A stretch of 64,000 nucleotides of DNA from Candidatus Hermodarchaeum yapensis (GCA_016840405.1 JAEOSK010000009.1:26808-90807), one strand, 5' to 3'; counted from the stretch's first letter, positions 19,393 through 28,760 are shown. The notes: generated by a model not told the origin, from the sequence alone. Made by a program: numbers and translations.

Positions 19393-20939
19393 GTAAAATT
19401 CAGTGTTTTCACATTGAGGGTTTGTAGGTTTACAAGAGGGACGATTCCCGGTGTAGGTTCTACACCTATCAATCGTTGATAATCTGTTTGGCTTTGAAAG
19501 GTTCCCGAATTAAGAATTAGGGTTTTTCGGTAACTGCCCACGCTAGTTACATGGACATGACCACAATGAAGAATATCTGGTACTTCATCAATGACGAGCC
19601 AATCTCGCGGCTCAGCTACAATGGTTGTACTCTTCCCATATATGGGAGCAAGATGTCTCCCACGGAGCATCTCTCTCATTGCAGCAAAACTTGCTTCTAA
19701 CTCGGGTCTCGAAAGTGCAGCCATTATGTCGACAAGGCTGTCCCCATGGTAAATCAATAAATTCACATCATGAAGGCTCACTTGCGAAGGACAACCAAGA
19801 GACGTTATTTGTAATCCCGTATCTTTCAACGAAGCGAGAAAGCGATCTTCTATTGCTGGTCTTGGAATAGCCAACCGAACCCCATCATGATTCCCCGGGG
19901 CAATGAGGAGATGCATGTGAGAAGGAATTTGTTGGAGAAGTTTGTTAAGACCGTCAAATTGACTATCAAGATCGAAAAGTGTAATTTCTGCAATTTGATT
20001 TGGGTACACTCCGATTCCGTCTACAAGGTCACCATTAATGACAATATATTTTACCGTGCTAGCCAACTCGACGTGTTCTTCATCGCCTTCATTTCCTTGA
20101 AGCCAATCTAGTACCCGTTGAAAAATCTTGTCGAGAAAATTCCGGCTCCCAAAATGAATATCAGACAGCAGCAGGGCACTTACAGGTTCATTTGCTCGAT
20201 TATTTTTTCGATTCGAGGGAATATCTGGTAAAAAGAGATCCTTAGCAATCATCATCTCCGAACTCACTAAGGCTCCCTCAACACACAGTGCCTGATCGAG
20301 TAGCACAAGACGTGCCTTTGAAAATAAGTTCGGATCACGTTGTTGGACAATTACAGAGATGCGTCCTGTGGGGTCTTCTAATTCCAACGCAATATTTCCA
20401 CTCTTTGTTGTATTTTTACTGGTGATTAATCCTACAATCTTTACAGTCGCTACTTTCCCCTTTTCTTGGATATTATTTCCCTCTGCTACGTCATTGATAT
20501 CTATGACACCTTTTCCATCCACCCGTTGTGAGATGATGTCTCGTAAACGATAATACCGATCTCGGAAATTTGAAACGAAATCTTCTACTGTCCCCTTACT
20601 CTGCAATTGGGGTGTTGGGTCTTTTCTGATTTTTATTCTTGTTTTTACTCCCTCTGCTTGGAATCTAGGGTGTGTAAGTTGAGGGGTTTGGGAATCTTGC
20701 AGAAGTTCTTCTTGTGTTGGTTCTTGTGGTTTCTCTTTGGGTAGGTCAAAATGAATTGGTTCGAGAACGGGTGTGTCATTAGGGTGTACTATGTCAGAGG
20801 CTAGAAACTTATCGACAATCTGTTGGGGGTTGGATGCGGTTTGGAGCATTTGTAATGTCGCTGGGCTGACTTGAAAGCCCGCTCTAAGCAGTTTTGTAAT
20901 AGCGGTTTGAACATCAGAGTCTTCTACTGACAAACTCAT
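19389..20939 (-). CDS. polD1: DNA polymerase D small subunit DP1
   Basis: OB fold (LEDPTG), SDIHFG, GDLVDG, PGNHD, RHLAP, GHVH. Confidence 0.95.
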   Translation of the reverse strand: MSLSVEDSDVQTAITKLLRAGFQVSPATLQMLQTASNPQQIVDKFLASDIVHPNDTPVLEPIHFDLPKEKPQEPTQEELLQDSQTPQLTHPRFQAEGVKTRIKIRKDPTPQLQSKGTVEDFVSNFRDRYYRLRDIISQRVDGKGVIDINDVAEGNNIQEKGKVATVKIVGLITSKNTTKSGNIALELEDPTGRISVIVQQRDPNLFSKARLVLLDQALCVEGALVSSEMMIAKDLFLPDIPSNRKNNRANEPVSALLLSDIHFGSRNFLDKIFQRVLDWLQGNEGDEEHVELASTVKYIVINGDLVDGIGVYPNQIAEITLFDLDSQFDGLNKLLQQIPSHMHLLIAPGNHDGVRLAIPRPAIEDRFLASLKDTGLQITSLGCPSQVSLHDVNLLIYHGDSLVDIMAALSRPELEASFAAMREMLRGRHLAPIYGKSTTIVAEPRDWLVIDEVPDILHCGHVHVTSVGSYRKTLILNSGTFQSQTDYQRLIGVEPTPGIVPLVNLQTLNVKTLNFT

Positions 20940-21154
20940 TCGCCAAACAAGCCTATGTCACTATTGCTTTTCTAAAATTCGGTTGTAAATCTGGCTATAA
21001 ATGCAAATGTGTACCCATTTCAGTGCTAATTCTTAATAAAAAATAAACAAAGAGTAGCTAAAATTAAACCATTTTTTGCATGTCATTTTTTTGGTTTAAA
21101 GGGGGTTCTGAAATTGACTCATTAAATCACACAAATTTTGGAGGTATTCAATTA

Positions 21155-21193
21155 ATGAGTTACCCACGAATTCGTCCTTTACCAGGTAATTAA
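21155..21193 (+). CDS. 12-aa proline-rich peptide MSYPRIRPLPGN
   Basis: GGAGGT at 21140-21145, 9 nt before ATG; similar to the peptide at 23132-23170. Confidence 0.72.
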   Translation: MSYPRIRPLPGN

Positions 21194-21195
21194 AT

Positions 21196-21225
21196 TGAAG
21201 GCATTAATGCCTTCACCCTCTTTTT
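21196..21225 (+). terminator. Hairpin/terminator between peptide 1 and the convergent gene
   Basis: Perfect 20-bp palindrome TGAAGGCATTAATGCCTTCA followed by ccctcttttt. Confidence 0.6.
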
Positions 21226-21235
21226 GATGGGGAAA

Positions 21236-22966
21236 TTACGGTAAAGTGTGAGGTCCCCATTTCCATTTACCATTTATAAAATCATAATTCGAAGAATTTA
21301 GTGGCGGCTCAAAATCCGTTAATGTCTGCCATGCTGGATTAATACTAATGTGTGCGTTTAGCCCCATTTCTATTATTGTCTCTCTCATCGTCGAAAGTGT
21401 ATCAACAGCGCTTTGATTTGGAACACAGATGTGAACATGTCCATTTCCGTTTTCGACGATTCTTCCACTAATCAATGGGAATAGTTGTAATGCTCTCATT
21501 ATTGACTCGGTTGTTTCCTTAGGTTCAAAGATTAGAAGATGAATCGTTGTATTGAGATCGATGTGCTGTAACCAGAAATTTCCAGGGATGCCGATCTGTT
21601 GTTTTTCGAGTTTTTGTACACGTCTTCGATAACGCATGTGACTTGTTTCTAAGAGACCTGCTTTACGAACTTCTTGAGATGGTCGAGGTGTTACCCGTTC
21701 GGTTGTTCGGAACATTTCAGACGAGCGCCCAAAATATGTAAAGTCCTCTTGACGTAGCTTAATTGGGAATGTTTGATGTTGTTTAAGTAGATCATAAGAA
21801 TAGCTGTGGCTTTTCAGTGGTGGTAACGAGAAGCCGTGGTTTCCAAGTATTAATGATTGAAATTGATTAAGTTGAATTGAAAAATCGGTGGGCCATCCTT
21901 GTTCCGGAATATATGTTCTGAAATTCCAAGTAAAAGATTGATGTATAACTTTGTATACCCCAATTGGAGCTAGATTTTCTTTAGCTCTTATTGCATAAAT
22001 CCAGCTCTTAAATTCGTCCACCCGATTATATGGTATGACGAATCTGGATATCAAGAATTGTTTGGTATCGATGATGAAGTCAATATAAGGGGTTTTTGAT
22101 AGTAATGTCATGATTCTTCTTTTTTGCTTCATGTCAGAAACTTGAAGTTTAATCTCTAAAGGAATTAGTCCCAGCAAAGGAAGATTAATGAATGAAAAAA
22201 TTCTGAGCAATTGTCTTTGGGATAATCTATTGAGGGCTTGACTAATTGCAGAATCGCTAAGATTCAATATCTTGGCTAATTGACTCTGAGAGAAGTGATC
22301 AATTGTACAAAGTGCGTTGAGAATACGTAATTCGGTTTTATTTAGAGGGTTATGGGTTTCCTGCATCCATCTCTCCAAGGCAGCGGTATAGGTGGATGAA
22401 GAGAGCGGCTGGAAGCTGCTTGGGCGAATCGAGTTCAGCCAAAACAGGACGCGGTGAAGAAATAAATCACTAACAACTTGGTCAAAGATTGGAAACCCGA
22501 AAGGCGCATCATAGTTGTAATATAAATGGTATTGTGTTGGGGACACACGAGCCCACAATTCAAATATTTGTTTCTTTTCTTCGGTGTTATATTCACCAAA
22601 TTTTAAACCTGCATAAAGACCCAAGTCCGCAGCTTCGTGAATTTGGCGTATATTAGGAACAAGGTAGCTGAGAAATGCCTCCCGCCACAAAACCCATGAC
22701 AAAACGTGGGGAGACGCGACTTTGAGATCTTCTGAAAGAGTTACAGTCCAACCACCTCGAGATCCTTCTTCGGAGGGTATTTCAGTAGTACCAAATCGAG
22801 GTCCTACAAATTTCAATGATTTTGGTACAAATTGTAATTGAGTAATTCGATCTCGAACTCGGGGTAAAGGTTTGATATTAACTAAAGTTGCAAGTCGCTT
22901 CTGTAACACCCGAAACTGGGACCAAATTGAATTGGTATTAACCCGAGAAATGGTCAACCCATCCAC
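21236..22966 (-). CDS. Large HTH/Lrp-AsnC-like regulator, paralogue 1
   Basis: N-domain GPRFG/LWREAFL; HTH SQSQLAKILNLSDSAISQAL; INLPLLGL hinge; RAM-like repeats. Confidence 0.7.
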   Translation of the reverse strand: MDGLTISRVNTNSIWSQFRVLQKRLATLVNIKPLPRVRDRITQLQFVPKSLKFVGPRFGTTEIPSEEGSRGGWTVTLSEDLKVASPHVLSWVLWREAFLSYLVPNIRQIHEAADLGLYAGLKFGEYNTEEKKQIFELWARVSPTQYHLYYNYDAPFGFPIFDQVVSDLFLHRVLFWLNSIRPSSFQPLSSSTYTAALERWMQETHNPLNKTELRILNALCTIDHFSQSQLAKILNLSDSAISQALNRLSQRQLLRIFSFINLPLLGLIPLEIKLQVSDMKQKRRIMTLLSKTPYIDFIIDTKQFLISRFVIPYNRVDEFKSWIYAIRAKENLAPIGVYKVIHQSFTWNFRTYIPEQGWPTDFSIQLNQFQSLILGNHGFSLPPLKSHSYSYDLLKQHQTFPIKLRQEDFTYFGRSSEMFRTTERVTPRPSQEVRKAGLLETSHMRYRRRVQKLEKQQIGIPGNFWLQHIDLNTTIHLLIFEPKETTESIMRALQLFPLISGRIVENGNGHVHICVPNQSAVDTLSTMRETIIEMGLNAHISINPAWQTLTDFEPPLNSSNYDFINGKWKWGPHTLP

Positions 22967-23030
22967 AGACAGTTTAGAATATCATAGGATAGCACCTAAT
23001 TCTACCTTCCGATATCCATGCAACAACAAT

Positions 23031-23068
23031 GAAAAAGAAAAAAGGAAGGAACCCAAAACCCGGGTTCC
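23031..23068 (-). terminator. GC hairpin plus U-tract downstream of peptide 2
   Basis: - strand GGAACCC-N7-GGGTTCC followed by TTCCTTTTTTCTTTTTC. Confidence 0.6.
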
Positions 23069-23131
23069 AGGGCATCTAATTTCGGGGGCAAGGAACCTTG
23101 TGCCAGTTAATTCAGGTGATAATTAAACATT

Positions 23132-23170
23132 TTACGGATCCGGATAAGGTCGAATAGGGGGCCATTGCAT
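23132..23170 (-). CDS. 12-aa proline-rich peptide MQWPPIRPYPDP
   Basis: GGAGGT (23185-23180), 9 nt before ATG; similar to peptide 1. Confidence 0.72.
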   Translation of the reverse strand: MQWPPIRPYPDP

Positions 23171-23318
23171 GAGGGATTTACCTCCATAAACCTCTGAGAC
23201 TATTGGCAGAGAAATTCCATAAAAATCCCTAAAGGAAAATACAAAAATTTGAATGAAAGAGAATCAAAAATGGCTTTTTCTTACATCCTGGATTGTCACT
23301 TTTAGTGATTACTTATCA

Positions 23319-25058
23319 TCAATCATCAGATGATAGTGTTGGTAAAGTGTCTTTTGTCCAAATCCACTTTCCCTTATCAAAATGATAATTGCTTGGAATA
23401 ATGGGGTTCCCAGTTACCCAACCAAATGATTTCCATGCTGGTTTAATAGCCGTCCTAGTATGATATTCTAATTCTTCGAAAATATTTCGTAGAGCTGTTT
23501 GCACAGTGACTGCTGTTCCACTAGGTAATAGAATCATCATTGTTCCTGAGCCATTATCGAAAATCTTACCACTTACAGACGGAAGTAATTGAAAGGCAGA
23601 AATTATATCTTTAGTCCTATCATAAGGCGTTTCAATAAAAACGTTCACAGCCTCATTTAATCCGATATGCATTAAACCTAATCCCATTGGTTGACTCATA
23701 ATGTTTTGTAGGTTTAGAAAATCGACACGACGTCTATAGGTCATGTGCTCGGTTTCCCGATAACCTGCTTTCCGTGCTTCATGTGACTCATAAAATCGGG
23801 CTTGACTTGTTACCAAAAAGGCATCTGTTGCCCTTTGCATGTAAACAAAATCCTGAGGTTGAAGCGTTATTGATTTCGTTAATCTTGAGGGTGAAAACTT
23901 GAAGACATTTAGTTGAGGAATGTGAGAAGCCCACTCTTCCTTGATTATTCTGAAACAATTATCCAAGATTTGTTCATATTCTTCAGGCCAACCGCCTTGT
24001 TCGGGGTTGTAAAGATCAAAGTTCATCGAGTTTACTCTTTCTGTAGTAATGAAAATTTTAGGTGGAAATAGGTCATACCTCGCCGATATTTGTCTTATCC
24101 ACTGCCGTAATCGCGATGTCCTTTCTTTTGGAATAACGAATGAGGCGAGAAAACTGTCAGTAAATTCTTGAATGCTTTGCGTGTACCGAATTTTTGCGAC
24201 CAGGCTTTTGAGTGAATTAATAACTGTTTGATTGCTGCTAGAAAATAGTACTGTTATGGGTTGAAGACCTAGCACTGGATAGTTTTCATAAACGAAAAAT
24301 CGAAGAAGGTGTTTAGTAGCAAGTGATTTAATAACTCGACTGATTGTTGGCTGGCGAAGATCAGTGTTTTTTGCAAGTTGTTTTTGTGTGCAATGCAGAC
24401 AAGCATTTAGACCCCTAAGGATTTTCAACTCAATAGTTTGAAGGATGATATGGTGGTTGAAGATCCAACGTTCAAGATTGGCTGTGAACATTTGAGAGGA
24501 CATCTGGGTTGATGATTCTTTGAATGGTTCGAACCATTTCAAGACCATTTGAAGGAATGTACCATTAACGCTCCTATCAAAAATTGAAAATCCTGCAGTT
24601 GGGTAGTAATAATAGGACTTGTATCCTTGTGGAGGGGAAACACTCTCCCATAATTGTTGAAATTTTTGACGTTGTTTTGAAGTCCTTAGACCATATCGAT
24701 AATAACAATAGAACCCAAGATCTGACGATTCAGGAACCTTTCGGATAATACGGGGTAAATGAAGTAGGAATGCTTCACGCCAAAGGACTGGTTCTAAAAA
24801 TTCATTCCGATTTGAAAGTAGTTCTTCGGAGAGTTCCAGTATTGATTGATCATCTTTATTAGTATAAGCAATTGCTCCAAACCGAGGTCCTTTAAGCATA
24901 AATGGTGAGGGTTCCCAATGGATAGCAATATAGTGATCCAACGGCTCAGCTGCTAAACGATTACTAATTGTTTGGACTATGTGAGAAAATCGTTTAGTAG
25001 TCTCATCTTTTTGATGATCAGAATTGGTATCTTGCGGATTTGACTTTTTTAAACTCAT
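23319..25058 (-). CDS. Large HTH/Lrp-AsnC-like regulator, paralogue 2
   Basis: Shares GPRFG, LWREAFL, LERW, GWP, HMxYRRRV, PAW and SNYxFxxGKWxW..TLP with paralogue 1. Confidence 0.7.
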   Translation of the reverse strand: MSLKKSNPQDTNSDHQKDETTKRFSHIVQTISNRLAAEPLDHYIAIHWEPSPFMLKGPRFGAIAYTNKDDQSILELSEELLSNRNEFLEPVLWREAFLLHLPRIIRKVPESSDLGFYCYYRYGLRTSKQRQKFQQLWESVSPPQGYKSYYYYPTAGFSIFDRSVNGTFLQMVLKWFEPFKESSTQMSSQMFTANLERWIFNHHIILQTIELKILRGLNACLHCTQKQLAKNTDLRQPTISRVIKSLATKHLLRFFVYENYPVLGLQPITVLFSSSNQTVINSLKSLVAKIRYTQSIQEFTDSFLASFVIPKERTSRLRQWIRQISARYDLFPPKIFITTERVNSMNFDLYNPEQGGWPEEYEQILDNCFRIIKEEWASHIPQLNVFKFSPSRLTKSITLQPQDFVYMQRATDAFLVTSQARFYESHEARKAGYRETEHMTYRRRVDFLNLQNIMSQPMGLGLMHIGLNEAVNVFIETPYDRTKDIISAFQLLPSVSGKIFDNGSGTMMILLPSGTAVTVQTALRNIFEELEYHTRTAIKPAWKSFGWVTGNPIIPSNYHFDKGKWIWTKDTLPTLSSDD

Positions 25059-25238
25059 TTAGGGTTTTCCTGCTGTTGTGTAGCTCTAGGACCGTGCTAA
25101 AGTAGGACAAGCCGTCTTAAGAGTATTCGGCATTTGGACCTTGTATGAGTGAGGGTTTTACTGCCCTTTAGCATGAATAACACTAAAGCAACTTTTCACA
25201 GTTTCATAGAGTTGATGTCTGTTAATGAGAAAAAGGAA

Positions 25239-25316
25239 TGGTAGCGGGGGATTGATTTGAACAACCGATCTCGGGGTTATGAGCCCCGCGGGATATCCTG
25301 GCTACCCCACCCCGCT
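25239..25316 (-). tRNA. Initiator tRNA-Met(CAT)
   Basis: A1-U72, G-C-rich anticodon stem CGGGG-CTCATAA-CCCCG, encoded CCA. Confidence 0.95.
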
Positions 25317-25475
25317 GCGGACTTGGATGAGAACGGTACAGAAGAGCTGTGGTGGTCGATAAAAGCTTTGTGCCTTAATGTAGGCGGAGCTCTGTTTGGT
25401 TTTGTTTCGATACTATAGTGCGAAACTCTTGTGGTGTTTAAGTAATCAAATCCGGATTCATTGTTGGTGAAAATT

Positions 25476-25571
25476 ATGTATCCAATACCAGGAACTGAAA
25501 TCGGTCCATTGATGGCAATCTTTTGGGTTTTCTTTACTGTGCTGTTCTACGTCCTGTCACGTTTGGCGTAG
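25476..25571 (+). CDS. 31-aa single-TM small protein
   Basis: GGTGA upstream; MYPIPGTEIGPLMAIFWVFFTVLFYVLSRLA. Confidence 0.5.
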   Translation: MYPIPGTEIGPLMAIFWVFFTVLFYVLSRLA

Positions 25572-26597
25572 GAGCCGCATGAGGGCACGAGGTATCTCCG
25601 TGTATGAGTTGACTTTGATATAGCGTCCCCTACCAAGCTGGGCAATCTGCTGGCAGGTTTCTTCACCTTGCGGATGTGTACCTGGTGTTTGTAATACATG
25701 GAGATTGTGATACTTCCGTGCGTGGGGCTCTGGTGGTCCACCACGGTTGGCGATGCCATCGGTGATGAGGATAGCCCAAGATTCTTGTCGGTGAACACGT
25801 TGGTATTGAGTAAATGCAGTTTTTAGGGCATCGGCAATGTTGGTGTAGCCCGCAGGTTCTGTATCAAGGATTGTATCAACGATAGTATCTATTGTAGTGG
25901 GTTGATCGATGGTTTTGATAATGCTAGCAACGGTGTTGAAAGCAACAAGGGCATACTTGTCATGACGTAGGTGATATGCCGCAACAGCGGCTGCTGTAGC
26001 GGCTGTAAGAAGTTTTGTCCCGGCCATGGATCCGGAGGTATCTAAAATGATTGTGCCAATTTTTTTCCGTGCTACTCGTTCAACACCGACGATTTCATTA
26101 TAATTCACATAGTCGGGTTCTAGGAGTGTTTCTTCCAATGTTGCATCAAGGTCAAATTCGTCAAGACCTGGGTAAAAAGGGACGGTTTTGATAGTTTCAG
26201 GGCGCAGTCCACGTCCACTGATTCTTAGAGCTGAATGAATTATGGTAGCACGGGCCAGCTCACGAAATTTCTGGCGGTATTGTCCACGAATTTGATGTCG
26301 GAGTTGAAAGAAGAGTAGTGGTGCAGCAACATTCCCTTCATGGGCAGACTTTGCAATCAGGTGAACACCGTCTTGACTTGAAATGGCTTCACTTGTAGCA
26401 ATAGGTTGGAGCTGAGCGAGGGCTTGTAATGCAGTGACATTTCTTTGTTCTATGGCAAGTTCAGCCATTTCTTTTGCTTTGGGGTAATCAAAAGTACGAC
26501 CTAAACGGAGGTAGTATTGGAAATCACGTCCATTGGCTCTGATTTCCGATTCGAAGAGTTTCTCATCTGAGATGGTTCCGGAGAGAACGATGGGCAC
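25557..26597 (-). CDS. VWA domain protein (MoxR partner; possibly made as a frameshift fusion)
   Basis: MIDAS DTSGSM, YTNI, LITDG. Confidence 0.88.
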   Translation of the reverse strand: MPIVLSGTISDEKLFESEIRANGRDFQYYLRLGRTFDYPKAKEMAELAIEQRNVTALQALAQLQPIATSEAISSQDGVHLIAKSAHEGNVAAPLLFFQLRHQIRGQYRQKFRELARATIIHSALRISGRGLRPETIKTVPFYPGLDEFDLDATLEETLLEPDYVNYNEIVGVERVARKKIGTIILDTSGSMAGTKLLTAATAAAVAAYHLRHDKYALVAFNTVASIIKTIDQPTTIDTIVDTILDTEPAGYTNIADALKTAFTQYQRVHRQESWAILITDGIANRGGPPEPHARKYHNLHVLQTPGTHPQGEETCQQIAQLGRGRYIKVNSYTEIPRALMRLLRQT

Positions 26598-26600
26598 GTC

Positions 26601-26636
26601 ATCGGAGGCAGGGGCCTCCTCAGCGATTAAAAATTT
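26601..26636 (-). promoter_or_regulatory. Putative -1 programmed frameshift signal
   Basis: A AAT TTT heptamer before TAA; hairpin GGAGGC-CCCT-GCCTCC downstream; -1 frame continues into the VWA ORF. Confidence 0.7.
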
Positions 26637-27475
26637 GCTAACACAGCTTTAACGAGTGTTTTGATGACCTCGATTGCAGATTTCTGCGCGTCATCGTGTA
26701 GTTCAATTTTCGGGACAAGTGACATGATGGCTGCTTGTTCCCACACATCGTAACCTTCACCAGGTAGTTGTGTGTAGAGACTTGTAATATCGATTGCGCC
26801 CCGAACGCTAGCCCCGCGACGAATGTCTGTATAATCACGTGTTGCTCGGGTGATAGCCACGGCCAATTCTACGATTTCCTTGTCTTCAACTCCAGTATTG
26901 ATATGAACGATTTCTTTTTCTTCAGCTTCGGTATGATAGTCGAGATAAAGCCAGACGTAGCGATCCCGTAGAGCTTCTCCGAGTGGTGTTACACCTACGC
27001 TGGCCTCAGGATTTTGGGTAGCGATTATTCGGAATCCATTTTTTGCTTTTATAGTGCCTAGCTTTGGTACATGTAACGTTCCCTCGTCCATGACTGGGAG
27101 AAGTGTATTCTGTGTTGCTTCTGGCATACGGTTAATTTCATTAATGAAAAGCACTCCACCTGTTTCCATCGTTTCTACAAGAGGACCGGGAACGAAGGTG
27201 TCGCGGGTATATCCGTTTTTGAGTACAACCGGGGGATCGAACCATCCCACTAGCTTCGCTGAGGTATAGCGTTCATCTCCATCCACACGGAAAAATGAAC
27301 GTCCTAAGAAATTAGTAATGGCAGAGGCGATTGTGGTTTTCCCGACACCAACTGGGCCTTCGATGAGCATGTGTTTATCTGCCTTATCGGATGCTAGACA
27401 TTGCGTAATAAGGTCTTGGCGACCAATGATTTTATATTCCCGTTGAATTGTTTTGATGTCTTTGGAGAGGACCAT
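26627..27475 (-). CDS. MoxR-family AAA+ ATPase
   Basis: IIGR, GPVGVGKT, FINEINR, IATQNP, ALRDR, SVRGAI. Confidence 0.9.
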   Translation of the reverse strand: MVLSKDIKTIQREYKIIGRQDLITQCLASDKADKHMLIEGPVGVGKTTIASAITNFLGRSFFRVDGDERYTSAKLVGWFDPPVVLKNGYTRDTFVPGPLVETMETGGVLFINEINRMPEATQNTLLPVMDEGTLHVPKLGTIKAKNGFRIIATQNPEASVGVTPLGEALRDRYVWLYLDYHTEAEEKEIVHINTGVEDKEIVELAVAITRATRDYTDIRRGASVRGAIDITSLYTQLPGEGYDVWEQAAIMSLVPKIELHDDAQKSAIEVIKTLVKAVLANF

Positions 27476-27595
27476 TAAAGTTCACCCTGATGCGTTTTGG
27501 GAGCCGTCCCTCTAAGTAAAGTGTTTGGGTAGAACAGCAATCGAATAGAAGAGAAAAAAATGTTTATTGGTAAGGAAAATCATAATTAAAGGCTA

Positions 27596-27692
27596 GCGGA
27601 GTTGGCGGAGCGGTAACGCGCTGGACTCGAGATGACCGAGTCATCCAGTGACCTTCGTGGTCGCAAGGGTTCAAATCCCTTACTCCGCGCCA
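27596..27692 (+). tRNA. tRNA-Ser(CGA) with 11-nt intron (27632-27642)
   Basis: Long variable arm; CTGGA-CTCGAG|intron|A-TCCAG; encoded CCA. Confidence 0.92.
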
Positions 27693-27705
27693 CTTTCCTT
27701 TTCTG

Positions 27706-28701
27706 CTATATCACAAGGTCGGCTATGTCAATACTCGATTCAAAAATTCGTTCCACATTATGGATTACCCGATCGAACACTGGTAAAACAGACAAATCCT
27801 GTCTCGCTAGCACTTCAGTAAGTTCGAAAACCAGTTTAGAAATCGATTGTTTCTGGGCAATTACCTTTCGAGCTCGAACACTATTTTGTTGGAGGACAGC
27901 TGTAATTGCTTCTCGATGCGCGCGTAAAACTTGATCACTGAGTTTTGTTAATACTTGTGAAAACGGCCGCGGAGGAAAAATATACCCTTCTGTGACTACT
28001 TGTTCTGCTATACTCGCACACCCATCTGCAATTGCTTCTACTTCCTTTGCGACCAGCCGATAATCCAAGAGGTTGAGTGGAGAAAGCAGTAAATCACCAC
28101 TTGGTGAGGCAATTGCTTTCCGAAGTTGTCGGACGACCAAGAAATACAACCGATCTACTTCCCGATCTCGGGCAATAACATCTTGTGCCAGCTCTTGGTC
28201 ATTACGAATAAACGCATGAATCGCGTCTTCGTGCATCTTTGCTGCAATCCCATAGGTTCGCCGTAAATAGGTCCGTAAATCGATACTCCTGGGAATCATA
28301 CACTGCAAAGTCATGCTAGAGGCTTCTTCTTCCATAATTTCAACTCCGACAAGGAACTCAGCCATTCCTTTCACTTCGCGCTTCAAGGTGGGCGTCATCG
28401 CTTCTCCGAGATTAACTTCAATCACATCGTTGCCAGCCAAATAACAAGCAAGTATGTTTCGAGAAACATTGGATGGATCCGAGATAACACTACGGAGTCG
28501 AAGTGGTTCCTCTTCAAGTCTAGGATTGATGATAAGCATTCCATCTGCCCGTTCATGAACCAAAATCATTGAACCTTTCTTTAGTCCCTGTTCCTCCACC
28601 CACTGCTTTGGAACCGAAAGAAGAAATGAAGCTCCCACACGTTGTAGTTTCCGGGCTTCCATATTATTCACCACATATGAATTCTCTTTTCCCTTCACCA
28701 T
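27706..28701 (-). CDS. phoU: AbrB-PhoU phosphate uptake regulator
   Basis: RKLQRVGASFLLSVPKQW; DREVDRLYFLVVRQL. Confidence 0.85.
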   Translation of the reverse strand: MVKGKENSYVVNNMEARKLQRVGASFLLSVPKQWVEEQGLKKGSMILVHERADGMLIINPRLEEEPLRLRSVISDPSNVSRNILACYLAGNDVIEVNLGEAMTPTLKREVKGMAEFLVGVEIMEEEASSMTLQCMIPRSIDLRTYLRRTYGIAAKMHEDAIHAFIRNDQELAQDVIARDREVDRLYFLVVRQLRKAIASPSGDLLLSPLNLLDYRLVAKEVEAIADGCASIAEQVVTEGYIFPPRPFSQVLTKLSDQVLRAHREAITAVLQQNSVRARKVIAQKQSISKLVFELTEVLARQDLSVLPVFDRVIHNVERIFESSIDIADLVI

Positions 28702-28760
28702 AATAGCTTATCATGTGTTCGATGAAGGTGTGCTATTAATCAATCCCGAAAAACGTAAAA

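Noticed and set aside
22974-23075. 33-aa minus-strand ORF MPWNPGFGFLPFF...
   Set aside because: No SD; its hydrophobicity is explained by the terminator U-tract.
20940-25316. Regulator-peptide block as a tRNA-integrated element
   Set aside because: It lies at the tRNA-iMet 3' end, but no att duplication or integrase was seen.
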